A DNA stretch of 64,000 nt, from IMG/VR virus record IMGVR_UViG_3300020577_011395, positions 32,001 through 96,000 of that record. One strand, written 5' to 3'. Positions 34,627 to 44,818 of the stretch are shown here, piece after piece; position 1 is the stretch's first letter; the number at the start of each line of letters is the position of its first letter. Source of the DNA: a virus (taxonomy: Duplodnaviria; Caudoviricetes). A program made the position numbers and the translations under genes. The notes below the pieces were generated by a model, which was not told the DNA's origin, ran no database searches, and was given only the letters and a program-made list of their open reading frames with translations.

Positions 34627-35368
34627 AGATATAATTGATATTCATGCTGGAAAAACTGCTTTAGTGGTGGCAAATGGACCTAGCACAAAACCATTATTAA
34701 AACATATCGCATCTTGTTCTAAACAAAAAGATAAATATGTTATTTTTGTTTGTAACGAAATTGATGAAATGTTAGAAAACGTAAATTTAAAAATAGGAGT
34801 AGATATAATACCTGATTACTGGGTTATCGCAAGTACTACTCTAACGGTTGGTTCTAGATTTAATAACTTTAATAAATTAACTAACGGTGCGCTTTTATTT
34901 GCAGATAGTGCGGACATGACGAGAAATCCAGAAGAGTTATTAAATATTGACTTCTTACCATATGACCAAAGACATTTTGATAATAAGCCTTGCCCAATTC
35001 CACCAGAATTAGGATGCTGTGAAAAGTGTAAAGACGTAATACCACATAGAATTACTATTCAAGAAGAATTAAAAAACTATTGTGGAGCAAATTCGCATTA
35101 TGGCACAGCTTCTACTGTTGCTTTACACATGCTTGCATTTTCTATTTTAATGGGTTGTAAAAAGTCTTATATTTCTGGAGTGGACTTAGACTATTCGCTT
35201 GGCTATTTTGATAGGAAAACCACGAATCCTGATGGCTTTAAGTTATGGATCTCAGACATACTTTCTGACTTTAAAACAATTAATGAAAGTGCTAAGCTAA
35301 AAGGAGTGGAAGTCATAAATTTAAGCCCATTTTCCCCATTAAAGGATATATTTAAAACAAATGTTTAA
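34607..35368 (+). CDS. Maf/DUF115 (MptE-like) putative glycosyltransferase
   Basis: ALVVANGPS, CN, TVA...L.F...MGCK..YISGVDL. Confidence 0.65.
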   Translation: MAKLQFKDIIDIHAGKTALVVANGPSTKPLLKHIASCSKQKDKYVIFVCNEIDEMLENVNLKIGVDIIPDYWVIASTTLTVGSRFNNFNKLTNGALLFADSADMTRNPEELLNIDFLPYDQRHFDNKPCPIPPELGCCEKCKDVIPHRITIQEELKNYCGANSHYGTASTVALHMLAFSILMGCKKSYISGVDLDYSLGYFDRKTTNPDGFKLWISDILSDFKTINESAKLKGVEVINLSPFSPLKDIFKTNV

Positions 35369-36014
35369 TTGGCATAAAACACAAAATGATGAGTATTTAA
35401 AACTTTGCTCACTTCGCCTAGGAAGTGGAGAACCGTTGCATTGGGTAATGCATTTTGTAAATATTATAAATAATTTTTTGTACAATGATAAAAGTATTAG
35501 TGGTTTAACGATCAATGATATAGGCTGCAATGTTGGCCATTTTTTAAGAGGTGTTGATAAAATAAAAGTTAATACTGTTTATAATGGTTATGATATTTCA
35601 AGTGTATATTTAGATATAGCAAAACAACATTTCAAAAAAGATTGTTTTTATTTACTTGATGCTTCTGAAGAAGTACCAAAAGAATGTGATGTAACCGTTA
35701 TATCCGCTACAATGGAACACGTATTAAATGATAAAACATTTTTGAAGAATATACTAAATTCTTCAAAAAAGATGGTAATAATACGTACATTTCTAGGGGA
35801 TTCAATATTAGAAGAAAAATGTTGCAAAGACGGCGCAGAATATCCTTATGTGATAAAACAATTTACAAAAGAATATATTGAATCATTAATAGACAAAAAT
35901 ATTTGGAAAATTAAATATTTAGAAGATATAGCAACAAATGGACGTGCTAAGAAAGTATGCGATAAAGAAGATATCATTAGAACTCAAAAAGTTATAATAT
36001 TGGAAAAAATATGA
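35361..36014 (+). CDS. class I SAM-dependent methyltransferase
   Basis: INDIGCNVGHF, GYDIS, TMEHV. Confidence 0.85.
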   Translation: MFNWHKTQNDEYLKLCSLRLGSGEPLHWVMHFVNIINNFLYNDKSISGLTINDIGCNVGHFLRGVDKIKVNTVYNGYDISSVYLDIAKQHFKKDCFYLLDASEEVPKECDVTVISATMEHVLNDKTFLKNILNSSKKMVIIRTFLGDSILEEKCCKDGAEYPYVIKQFTKEYIESLIDKNIWKIKYLEDIATNGRAKKVCDKEDIIRTQKVIILEKI

Positions 36015-36928
36015 AATTAATTATTTTTATAAATAGCGCTGGCCCAAATGTTTCTTACGAAAATTTATTTGATACGATTAGTTCAATTTCTTCTAAATGC
36101 GGTATAGAAGATTATGGATTTTATTTTGTTGCTGAAAATGAAACAATTGCAAATATGATTAATGAAATATTTTTAGTTTGCAATATACAAAATAAATTAT
36201 TAGAACTAAAAATATCTAATGACTCATGGGCAAAAAACTTTAACTTATTCTTTAATTTATACAAAGAAAAAACAGAATATATAATTTATTCACATGATGA
36301 TTTATATATAAAAACTGATAATTTCTTTATAAAAGCATTAAAAGAAATAGATGGCATAGATGAAGAATTGGGATGGATAACGTTCACAAGCGACGCCTAT
36401 TACAGAAACTATGGTTTAGGAATAACCAATTCTGTTAGAGAAGGTTTTAGTCTTGACAGAGGAGGTTATCCTGGTATTTTTGAGTGCCACTCTATGAAAA
36501 ACGGAGATAATTTAGACGCTCTAGACATGCCGCCATCGACAGTGAAATGTCATGCACCATTCCCGCATTTTGTTATGATTTCTTCTAAAACTTTAGAAAA
36601 AGTTGGTCCTTGCTCTGATTGGTCTAATTACACTCTTTTGATAGATGAAGACTGGGGTTTGGAAGCCCTAAAGAAAAATCTGGTTAATATCTGGATCCCG
36701 GACATTGTTTATACCCATCCCTTACGCAAGGATAGCAGAAAAGAAATGGGAGTACGATATCAGAATGAAGTTCACGCCAAGTTTAAAGAAAAGTGGGGTT
36801 GGAACTTTGATATTGGCGGTTATAGTGATTCCTTTGTAGAAGAAATCTGTGAAAAATTTAAAGATACTAACATCCCTTTGACCAAAGGCAAGAATTCTTT
36901 TGACTGGCAATATCCGAGAAGAAAATAA
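36011..36928 (+). CDS. GT2-like glycosyltransferase
   Basis: YIIYSHDD, DEDW, YTH motifs. Confidence 0.65.
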   Translation: MKLIIFINSAGPNVSYENLFDTISSISSKCGIEDYGFYFVAENETIANMINEIFLVCNIQNKLLELKISNDSWAKNFNLFFNLYKEKTEYIIYSHDDLYIKTDNFFIKALKEIDGIDEELGWITFTSDAYYRNYGLGITNSVREGFSLDRGGYPGIFECHSMKNGDNLDALDMPPSTVKCHAPFPHFVMISSKTLEKVGPCSDWSNYTLLIDEDWGLEALKKNLVNIWIPDIVYTHPLRKDSRKEMGVRYQNEVHAKFKEKWGWNFDIGGYSDSFVEEICEKFKDTNIPLTKGKNSFDWQYPRRK

Positions 36929-37944
36929 TGAAAAAAGTTATATATTTTGCACCAATTTGTGAATGGAACGATTTTGTAACATTTAATATGTATTTATCTA
37001 AAATAAGAAAAGACTATGAAATAATAGGAGTTGTAATACCTAGAAAGGCTATTTTCATAATAACAGAAGCAGATTTCTTTATTACGTTAGAAGATAAATA
37101 TATGGTAGGTAGCGATTATCCGGAAACCTTAGAAAGAATTGGTGATGTTCACGGAAACTTTGTGACCGATATTGGAGTTTTCCCAAAGCACGTAAGGAAT
37201 ACTGGCGTATTGTTTGAAATGGGTTACCAAGCTATAAAAATGAATGATGAATGTTTTCCAGATTATGAAATAAAATTTTATGAGGCGGAAACAAATCTCT
37301 ATAAGAAAAACTCTATAGAGATCTATAAAGAGCTATTTGCTAATTTAAAAACTTTTTTATCAAGTGGAAAGACAATTAAACCGACTAAAGAAGTTTTTGA
37401 AAGTATTGCTAACAAGTATCAAGGTTCCTTCAAAAAAGATATAAAGAATTATATTCTCTTGACAAGAAACTTCCAGAACAAAGCAGTAGATGAAAATACT
37501 ATAAATCTCATTCCTAATTTACAACAAATAATAAAGAAAGTAACAGAGTCTGGCATAAATATAATAAATATAGGCTTTCCAGCACAAAAATATAATATAA
37601 CCAATAAATTCTACCAAGAACTTAAATTTGAATCACTTACACAAGAAGAACTAGTTTGTTTAATGTATTTGGCTGATGGTGTGCTATTAAGTGGACGCTC
37701 TGGTGGTTTTGCTGCACATGTTATATCAAATGCTGATTTGTTTATGCTTTACCCGGAATGGTCTAAAATAAGAGCAGATATAGACATTTCTATTTTTAAT
37801 GATCGTACAAAACTAGTCGGGTCTACAGACCTGTGTAAGCATGTTAGCGACAACAATATACAAAAAATTATTTCTATACTTAAAACACACAAAAAAATAG
37901 CCATAAATGATTTTGCAGAGCCAAAAGAAATCTTTTATATTTAA
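36928..37944 (+). CDS. hypothetical protein, possibly GT-B
   Basis: position in cluster; SGGFAAH resembles GT9-type motifs. Confidence 0.5.
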   Translation: MKKVIYFAPICEWNDFVTFNMYLSKIRKDYEIIGVVIPRKAIFIITEADFFITLEDKYMVGSDYPETLERIGDVHGNFVTDIGVFPKHVRNTGVLFEMGYQAIKMNDECFPDYEIKFYEAETNLYKKNSIEIYKELFANLKTFLSSGKTIKPTKEVFESIANKYQGSFKKDIKNYILLTRNFQNKAVDENTINLIPNLQQIIKKVTESGINIINIGFPAQKYNITNKFYQELKFESLTQEELVCLMYLADGVLLSGRSGGFAAHVISNADLFMLYPEWSKIRADIDISIFNDRTKLVGSTDLCKHVSDNNIQKIISILKTHKKIAINDFAEPKEIFYI

Positions 37945-37957
37945 CGAGTTAATAAAA

Positions 37958-38623
37958 ATGAATTGTCTTATTTTAGCCCGTGGTGGAAGTATTGGAGTTC
38001 CTAAGAAGAATATCAAGCTATTAAACGGTAAGCCATTAATCGCTTATCCAATAGAATCAGCTAAAAAAACTAAATATATATCTAAAGTTTATGTTTCAAC
38101 AGATTCTGACGAGATTGCAGAAATAGCAAAGAGTTACGGCGCTGAAATTATAAAACGCCCAAGTGAACTAGCCCAGAGTAATTCTTTAGATGTTGACGCC
38201 TTTAAACACGCTGTTAAGTTCTTGGGGGAAGAAGACATTGTTCAGCTTAGAGCTACAACTCCCATAATAAATCCAATGGTTTTAGATAAAGCTATAGAAT
38301 ATTTTCTAGAAAACCCAGAGGCCACTTCTCTTAGATCTGCACAAGAATTCTCAGAATCAGTCTATAAATTCTTTAAGAAAGATGGACCATATTGGACCGG
38401 TTTCTTTCCTGAACTGCAGGGTGAATACTATAATAGGCCGCGCCAATCATTCCCTGCATCTTATTTACCGAATGGTTATATCGATATTGTTAGACCAAAA
38501 ATTTTCATGTATAAAGATACCTTTCATGGTGATAAAATGCTTTCATTCGTAACCGAGCCAGTCATAGAAATCGACACACCAGAAGATTTTGCTAGACTTG
38601 AACAAAGGATGAAAAATGTATAA
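37958..38623 (+). CDS. neuA: acylneuraminate cytidylyltransferase
   Basis: ILARGGS.GVPKKNI..LNGKPLI, VSTD, EIDTPEDF. Confidence 0.9.
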   Translation: MNCLILARGGSIGVPKKNIKLLNGKPLIAYPIESAKKTKYISKVYVSTDSDEIAEIAKSYGAEIIKRPSELAQSNSLDVDAFKHAVKFLGEEDIVQLRATTPIINPMVLDKAIEYFLENPEATSLRSAQEFSESVYKFFKKDGPYWTGFFPELQGEYYNRPRQSFPASYLPNGYIDIVRPKIFMYKDTFHGDKMLSFVTEPVIEIDTPEDFARLEQRMKNV

Positions 38624-39947
38624 ATTTGCAACTACACCACAAAAAGCCGAAAAAAAGTATACCAAACACGTAACCATACATACTGATATTCCATCTCCAA
38701 CAACAATAAAGATTTTAGAACAAACTGCTAAAAATGAACCAAGTTCGATGAACCATCAATTACCAATTGTATGGGATAAAGCAATTGATTATAATGTGTT
38801 TGATAATGCTGGCAACAAGTGGATAGATTTCACCTCAACCATATTTGTTGCTAATGTTGGTCACTCAAATCCAAAAGTGTGCGCAGCTATTAAAAAAATG
38901 GTAGATAAGCAACTATTAAATGCTTATTATTACCCAACACAAATAAAAGCAGATTTTGTTTCAAAACTGCTATCCGTATCTCCATCCAATATTGATAAGG
39001 CATTTTTGCTGTCAACCGGATCTGAGGCTGTTGAAGCAGCAGTTAAAATGGCCATTAAAAACAAAAGTAAGGTTGGGAAGAGAGTCATTGTTTCTTTTGA
39101 TGGATCATTCCACGGTAAGACTATGGGATCTCAGATGGTCGGAGGCAAACCACCAGAGAAAGAATGGCTAAGATACCAACATCCAGATATTGTCAATGTT
39201 CCATTCCCTTACCCGTGGACTTCTTTTAGTTTCCAAGACACACTCCAAGACCTAGCTGACCGGGGTATTAGTCTCCGAGATATCGCTGGATTTGTTACTG
39301 AGTCTTACCAAGGATGGTGCGCTTGTTTCTTACCAAAACAATACGTAAAAGATATGAGAGAATGGTGTGATCAAAATAATTCTTTATTGATATTTGATGA
39401 AGTTCAATCTGGTTTTGGTAGAACAGGGAAGTTCTTCGCATTTGAGCACTATGATGTTAAAGCAGATATCATTTGTTGTGGGAAAGGTATTTCTTCAAGC
39501 CTACCATTATCCGCTGTCCTATCCAGAGAAGAACTGTTCGAACCAGAACAAAGTTTTAACAGTACTCATGGAGGCAATCCTGTGGCCTGTGCAGCCTCTC
39601 TGGCGTCTTTGGAAGAGATCATTGATAGAAACTTAGTCAAAGAATCGGAACGCAAGGGAAAGCTTCTAGAGATGCTTTTAAACGAATGGCAGAAAGAGTC
39701 ACCAGACACAATTAAAAAAGTATTCTGTACTGGCTTACTCGCAAGCGTATTTATTGAGCCAACCGTTGGTGACAAAAACGAATTCGTTGATAGGTTAATA
39801 GAAGAAGCAATGAGGAGAGGTCTTATTTCTGTTAGGACAGCAAGCGGAACTTTAAAAATTGGACCTCCACTTACAATACCATATGATGCCTTGATTGAAG
39901 GCGTAGAGATTCTTAAAGAGTCTAAAAAGGCTTTAGAAAATGTTTAG
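38616..39947 (+). CDS. class III PLP aminotransferase
   Basis: GH..P, TGSEAVE.A.K, FHGKT, FDEVQSGFGRTG, GKG, THGGNP. Confidence 0.92.
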   Translation: MYKFATTPQKAEKKYTKHVTIHTDIPSPTTIKILEQTAKNEPSSMNHQLPIVWDKAIDYNVFDNAGNKWIDFTSTIFVANVGHSNPKVCAAIKKMVDKQLLNAYYYPTQIKADFVSKLLSVSPSNIDKAFLLSTGSEAVEAAVKMAIKNKSKVGKRVIVSFDGSFHGKTMGSQMVGGKPPEKEWLRYQHPDIVNVPFPYPWTSFSFQDTLQDLADRGISLRDIAGFVTESYQGWCACFLPKQYVKDMREWCDQNNSLLIFDEVQSGFGRTGKFFAFEHYDVKADIICCGKGISSSLPLSAVLSREELFEPEQSFNSTHGGNPVACAASLASLEEIIDRNLVKESERKGKLLEMLLNEWQKESPDTIKKVFCTGLLASVFIEPTVGDKNEFVDRLIEEAMRRGLISVRTASGTLKIGPPLTIPYDALIEGVEILKESKKALENV

Positions 39948-40356
39948 ACATGTTGGTATCGTGGTTGAAGATCTAGAACAACAATTAAGATTTTATACGG
40001 GTTTATTGGGTTTAGAAGTATATTATGACAAAGTAGAGCAAGGCCCTTTTTTAGAAACAATATTGGGAATTTATAACGTTAAGCCTCGAATATATAAACT
40101 TGGTAAAAATGGCAAAATTGTGGTAGAACTTTTACATTTTGGTACAAATACACTCGTAGGAACACCAAAAAACTTAGTGGAAAGAGGACTAACCCACTTT
40201 GCCATAACAGTAAAAAATATAGATGATCTATATGCAAAACTCTTTAAAGAAGTTCAGTTTGTTAGCGCCCCTGCAATGTCTGATACTGGCAAGCATATAG
40301 TGTGTTTTTGTAGAGACTTTGAAGGAAATTACATAGAATTGGTTGAGGAATTATGA
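39940..40356 (+). CDS. VOC/glyoxalase family protein
   Basis: RHVGIVV.DLE, HFAITV, RD.EGN.IELVE. Confidence 0.9.
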   Translation: MFRHVGIVVEDLEQQLRFYTGLLGLEVYYDKVEQGPFLETILGIYNVKPRIYKLGKNGKIVVELLHFGTNTLVGTPKNLVERGLTHFAITVKNIDDLYAKLFKEVQFVSAPAMSDTGKHIVCFCRDFEGNYIELVEEL

Positions 40357-41126
40357 ATATAGGCATTGTGCAAGGCAGGCTATCCGCTCCAGTAGACGGA
40401 AAGATCCAAGAATTTCCAACTAAAACCTGGAAAGAAGAATTTGCTATAAAAAAAGAGCTTGGTTTAACCCATATTGAGTGGGTTATTACTAAAGATAGCC
40501 TTATCGATAATCCATTATTTACAGAGGATTTATCCAATTATCCGATAAGCTCAGTGTGCTGCGACCATATAATAGATGAAAGAATCCACAAGTATTCTTT
40601 CTTGGAAGAGAACCTAGAGCCTATCTGTAAAAAGTTAGAAGAGAATGAGATAAGTTTCCTCAGTATCCCATTACTAGAGCAAAGCAATATGGATGATGAT
40701 GCGAAGAGAAAAGCATTTATCAAAAATATAAACAAACTCCACAGGAAACATAAACATCTCGATTTTATATTCGAAACAGAGCTAAGCGCAGAAAAAACAG
40801 CAGAAATTGTTAATTCAAATGAGGCTTTTTTTGTTACTTACGATACTGGAAACATTACTTCTTACCTAAAATCACACGATTCTTACATCACTCATTTAAG
40901 AGAAAAAATAGTCAACGTGCACATAAAAGATAGGACTTTTGATGGCAAAACAAAAGAATTTATGACCGGGGACACTGATTTTAAAAAGATCTTTAACCTT
41001 TTATCTTTGGTAAAGTATAATGGCTTATATACACTTCAATTGGCCAGAGGAACTACTGGCGAAGAAAAAGAGTATATTAAGGCTAACTTAGAAAAGGTTA
41101 AAAATGCAATCAAACAATCTGTTTAG
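40353..41126 (+). CDS. sugar-phosphate isomerase/epimerase (xylose isomerase-like TIM barrel)
   Basis: IGIVQGRLS, YDTGN, NVHIKDR, GDTDF. Confidence 0.85.
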   Translation: MNIGIVQGRLSAPVDGKIQEFPTKTWKEEFAIKKELGLTHIEWVITKDSLIDNPLFTEDLSNYPISSVCCDHIIDERIHKYSFLEENLEPICKKLEENEISFLSIPLLEQSNMDDDAKRKAFIKNINKLHRKHKHLDFIFETELSAEKTAEIVNSNEAFFVTYDTGNITSYLKSHDSYITHLREKIVNVHIKDRTFDGKTKEFMTGDTDFKKIFNLLSLVKYNGLYTLQLARGTTGEEKEYIKANLEKVKNAIKQSV

Positions 41127-41928
41127 TTTAGCTGGGAAAACAGCTTTAATAACTGGTGGAGCGGGGCTTTTAGGCCCAATGCACGCAGAAGCTATTATAG
41201 AAGCTGGCGGGCAGGTAATCTTAGCTGATATAGATCTTGAATTAGCACGAAAAAAAGCAGATGATCTAAATTTAGAGTATAATGATGAAGTTGCCACGGC
41301 CTTACACTTGGACGTAACAAAACCTGCATCTGTAAATTTTGCTATCGAGTGTTGTAAAAAAATTGATATATTAATAAATAATGCAGCTAAAGACCCTAAA
41401 GTTAAAAAAGATGGCGGGCTAAATCTAGAAACAAGATTTGAAAATATGTCATATGAATATTGGCAAGACGGTCTTGATGCAATTATCAATGGAACCTTTC
41501 TTTGCACTCAGGCTGTCATAAATAAAATGCTTGCATCCGGCACAAAAGGCGTAATCCTAAACATAGCGTCAGATCTATCTGTAATAGCGCCAGATCAACG
41601 AATTTATAAAAAAGAAGGTCTTTTAAACAGCCAACAACCAGTAAAACCAATAACTTATTCAGCTGCTAAATATGCTGTTGTTGGTATGACAAAATATTTG
41701 GCAACATATTTTGCTCCAAAAGGTATCAGAGTGAACTGCCTAAGTCCAACTGGAGTTTACAACGATCATCCAGAAGATTTTGTAGAAAAACTTTCAAATA
41801 TAATACCGATGGGAAGAATGGCAAAAAAGGATGAATATAAGGGAGCAGTTGTGTTTATGTGTTCAGACGCTAGCTCCTATATGACTGGTCATAACTTAAT
41901 AATCGATGGTGGTAAAACACTATGGTAA
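41104..41928 (+). CDS. SDR oxidoreductase
   Basis: TGGAGLLG, NNAA, YSAAK, IRVN.LSP.G, IDGG. Confidence 0.92.
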   Translation: MQSNNLFSLAGKTALITGGAGLLGPMHAEAIIEAGGQVILADIDLELARKKADDLNLEYNDEVATALHLDVTKPASVNFAIECCKKIDILINNAAKDPKVKKDGGLNLETRFENMSYEYWQDGLDAIINGTFLCTQAVINKMLASGTKGVILNIASDLSVIAPDQRIYKKEGLLNSQQPVKPITYSAAKYAVVGMTKYLATYFAPKGIRVNCLSPTGVYNDHPEDFVEKLSNIIPMGRMAKKDEYKGAVVFMCSDASSYMTGHNLIIDGGKTLW

Positions 41929-41939
41929 AGGAAAACATA

Positions 41940-42773
41940 ATGCAAAAAATAACAGTAATAGCTGAAATAGGTATTAATCATAACGGTAGTATGGATTTAG
42001 CAAAAGAACTTATACTGAAAGCAAAGGAAGCTGGCTGTCATGCAGTAAAGTTTCAGAAGCGAGATATTGAAAGCGTTTATACTAAAGAAGAACTAGACGC
42101 TCCAAGAGAAAGCCCTTGGGGCAAGACCAACAGACAGCAGAAAGAAGGTTTAGAATTTTCTGCCGAACAATACAAAGAGCTATATACCTTTACCAAAGAG
42201 CAAGGATTGGATTTTGGTGTCTCTTGTTGGGATGTTAAATCTGTTGATTTGATTGAAAGTGTAGTAAACGTCGATTTTCATAAGGTGGCCTCTGCTTTAC
42301 TAACAAATAAAGAATTCTTGTTTAGGCTAAATCAAACAGGCAAGCCAGTTATTTTATCGACTGGTATGTCAGATGACCTACAGGTTGATATGGCCGTCAA
42401 TTTATTAACTAATTTAAAAGCTGTTTTAGCATGTACAAGTACATATCCAACAAAGCCAGAAGAGTTAAATCTTAAATATATCCGCACATTGAAGGCCAAA
42501 TATCCATTTTTAGAGGTTGGTTTCTCAAATCACTATAATGGACATGATGCTTGTGTAATTGCTGTAGCGCTTGGGGCAACATGTGTTGAATTCCATCTTA
42601 CAAAAGATAGAACAATGTATGGGTCAGACCAGGCTGCTTCAATAGAAAACGCAAAAGAACTTGTTGATGGTATGCTAGCTGCTCAAAAAATGCTTGGCGA
42701 TGGCAGAAAAGTAGTATTCAATTCAGAACAGCCAATTGCTAAAAAACTAAGAAAGGTCGATACTCTGGTATGA
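41940..42773 (+). CDS. neuB: N-acetylneuraminate (nonulosonate) synthase family
   Basis: IAEIGINHNG, AVKFQKR, ILSTGMS, CTSTYP, GFSNH; no C-terminal SAF domain. Confidence 0.92.
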   Translation: MQKITVIAEIGINHNGSMDLAKELILKAKEAGCHAVKFQKRDIESVYTKEELDAPRESPWGKTNRQQKEGLEFSAEQYKELYTFTKEQGLDFGVSCWDVKSVDLIESVVNVDFHKVASALLTNKEFLFRLNQTGKPVILSTGMSDDLQVDMAVNLLTNLKAVLACTSTYPTKPEELNLKYIRTLKAKYPFLEVGFSNHYNGHDACVIAVALGATCVEFHLTKDRTMYGSDQAASIENAKELVDGMLAAQKMLGDGRKVVFNSEQPIAKKLRKVDTLV

Positions 42774-43066
42774 CTTACTGTTTTGATCTAGACGGTACTC
42801 TATGTACAAATACAAATGGTAAATACGAGTTAGCCCAGCCGTTTTTTGATAGAATAAACGTAGTCAATCGACTATATAACGAAGGGCATAAAATACTTAT
42901 AGACTCTGCTAGAGGCTCTACAACTGGCTTGGATTGGTTCGATTTTACAACAAAACAATTACAACTTTGGGGTATTTTGTACCATGCAGTGAGAGTCGGG
43001 CTGAAAGCAGAAGCAGATATATTTGTGGACGATAAAGCAATAAATCATAACGATTTTTTTAAATAA
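42770..43066 (+). CDS. small HAD phosphatase (capsule-biosynthesis type)
   Basis: CFDLDGTLC, SARG, DDKA. Confidence 0.85.
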   Translation: MTYCFDLDGTLCTNTNGKYELAQPFFDRINVVNRLYNEGHKILIDSARGSTTGLDWFDFTTKQLQLWGILYHAVRVGLKAEADIFVDDKAINHNDFFK

Positions 43067-43078
43067 TTGGAGAATATA

Positions 43079-43264
43079 ATGGAAAATAAATTGAAGCTGT
43101 CAGACCAAGCGATAGCAGCACTAAATGTACTGTTTTTAAAATGTTTATTTACGCAACAAGATATTAGAGAGCTGCTGAAATCAGCTGATTTTGCAACTGT
43201 TGGGGATCTCATTGTTGTAACAAACCCAGAAGAACAATTAGCCATACCAGAAGAAGGAAACTAA
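43079..43264 (+). CDS. hypothetical phage protein
   Basis: GGAG RBS; LSDQA...L...L...Q.DI...L; VTNP. Confidence 0.6.
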   Translation: MENKLKLSDQAIAALNVLFLKCLFTQQDIRELLKSADFATVGDLIVVTNPEEQLAIPEEGN

Positions 43265-43265
43265 A

Positions 43266-43526
43266 ATGCCAGCCTATGTTTACAAATGCAAAGAATGTCA
43301 AGAGACGTATAAAGTTGTTCATAGCATGACAGAATCTCTGCATGATTGTGAACACTGCAATGGCGTTAAGACTCTCGAAAGAATCCCTTCTTTATTGACT
43401 TCTTATGACAAGCATAAAACTGAAAAGGATTTTGCTGGAGAAAGGGTAGCAAGGGCAATAGAAGACAACAGAAAGATATTGCTAGACCAGAAAGATGTGT
43501 TAAGAAACAAGGATTATAAGCCATGA
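43266..43526 (+). CDS. FmdB-family zinc-ribbon protein
   Basis: MP.Y.YKC..C......H.M......C..C. Confidence 0.85.
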   Translation: MPAYVYKCKECQETYKVVHSMTESLHDCEHCNGVKTLERIPSLLTSYDKHKTEKDFAGERVARAIEDNRKILLDQKDVLRNKDYKP

Positions 43527-43855
43527 GCTTTATAATAACTTTTTTAATAGGCTCCGCACTGATTGCTTCTGTGGCAATAAATGTTATACTCGTATGGTAT
43601 GTGAATAAATTAATGAGTCAGGTAAAAGCTGGTTTTGCTGGGGTTGATCAGTTCCAAGCATTACTAGAAGAATATGCTGGCTCTTTATCACAAATGCTTG
43701 AAATGGAACAATATTACGGCGATGATACTATGAAGGATGCTGTAAGAAATACTAAAATGATGATCGAAGCTAGCAAATTTTATAAAGATGCTATGCTAGA
43801 AGATATGGAAGAAACTCCAGAGGAAGATAAAATAGATGATACCAACAAAAAGTAA
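43523..43855 (+). CDS. membrane-anchored hypothetical protein
   Basis: N-terminal TM helix. Confidence 0.65.
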   Translation: MSFIITFLIGSALIASVAINVILVWYVNKLMSQVKAGFAGVDQFQALLEEYAGSLSQMLEMEQYYGDDTMKDAVRNTKMMIEASKFYKDAMLEDMEETPEEDKIDDTNKK

Positions 43856-44513
43856 TAATCAGTATTTTACAAAATTGCATGAAGACGCAATTCTAGAATA
43901 CGCTTCTTCCTTGGATTTTAAAAGAAAGAGTTTTTTGTACGAAACCTTAATACAACCAGCATTCGAGGAGATGGTAAATAAGATAGTTTTTACATATAAA
44001 TTTAATACATTACCAAATATCGAAGACTTAAAAGATGAATGTAAAACTTGGCTAACAACAATTTTAGATAAATTTGATACCTCAAAGGGTTCAAAAGCTT
44101 TCTCGTATTTCAGTGTTATTACAAAAAATTGGTTTATTCATAAGGTTAAAAAAAATAATAATAAAAAAGAAGTGTATCTAGAAGACATACTTGGAACTCC
44201 TGCTGAAGAAGAATTAGTTTATGAATCTTCTTATTTAAGCGATAGAGAGAAAAAAGAGTTTTTAGAAGAATTAGCTAAAGAAGTTGAGTCTTGGTCTACG
44301 AAAAAAATGAAAACTAATGAAGAAAAAGTTTTTAAAGCTGTACAAATTTTATTTAAAGATTTAGATAATATAGAGATATTTAATAAAAAAGCTGTCTATT
44401 TATATCTAAGGGAGATAACTGGTCTTAATACTAAACAAATTGTTAACAATTTAAAAAAGTTTAAAGTAAAATATACAACTTTTAAAAAGGAGTGGGACTC
44501 CGGGAATATTTAA
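43836..44513 (+). CDS. phage late sigma-factor-like protein (gp55-like)
   Basis: YFT, KFD..KGSKAFSYFSVITKNWF resembles sigma region 2; precedes structural genes. Confidence 0.7.
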   Translation: MIPTKSNNQYFTKLHEDAILEYASSLDFKRKSFLYETLIQPAFEEMVNKIVFTYKFNTLPNIEDLKDECKTWLTTILDKFDTSKGSKAFSYFSVITKNWFIHKVKKNNNKKEVYLEDILGTPAEEELVYESSYLSDREKKEFLEELAKEVESWSTKKMKTNEEKVFKAVQILFKDLDNIEIFNKKAVYLYLREITGLNTKQIVNNLKKFKVKYTTFKKEWDSGNI

Positions 44514-44515
44514 AT

Positions 44516-44815
44516 ATGTCAAAAAGTAGCAAATTAGAAGAGTATTTGAAACAAGCAACTGAAAATATAGAAAATGATAGAAGTGCTGCTCATATCCTTT
44601 TAATGAAGATTATGACAGAAATTCAGAAACAACCGGACAAACATATTCATAGCGAGCTTGGAGAAGTAGCTGCTAAATATCTAGAAACACTACAAAGATC
44701 AAATGAACAGCTTGTAAAAATTGCTGCAATCGTTCAAAAGACTGTAGGAAATACGAATGGTGGTCTTTCGGGCGAGGAAAAGGAAGAAATATTTGATGCT
44801 ATAAAAGAGGGCTAA
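44516..44815 (+). CDS. hypothetical helical protein
   Basis: KYLETLQRSNEQLVK; ATG at 44516. Confidence 0.6.
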   Translation: MSKSSKLEEYLKQATENIENDRSAAHILLMKIMTEIQKQPDKHIHSELGEVAAKYLETLQRSNEQLVKIAAIVQKTVGNTNGGLSGEEKEEIFDAIKEG

Positions 44816-44818
44816 CCA

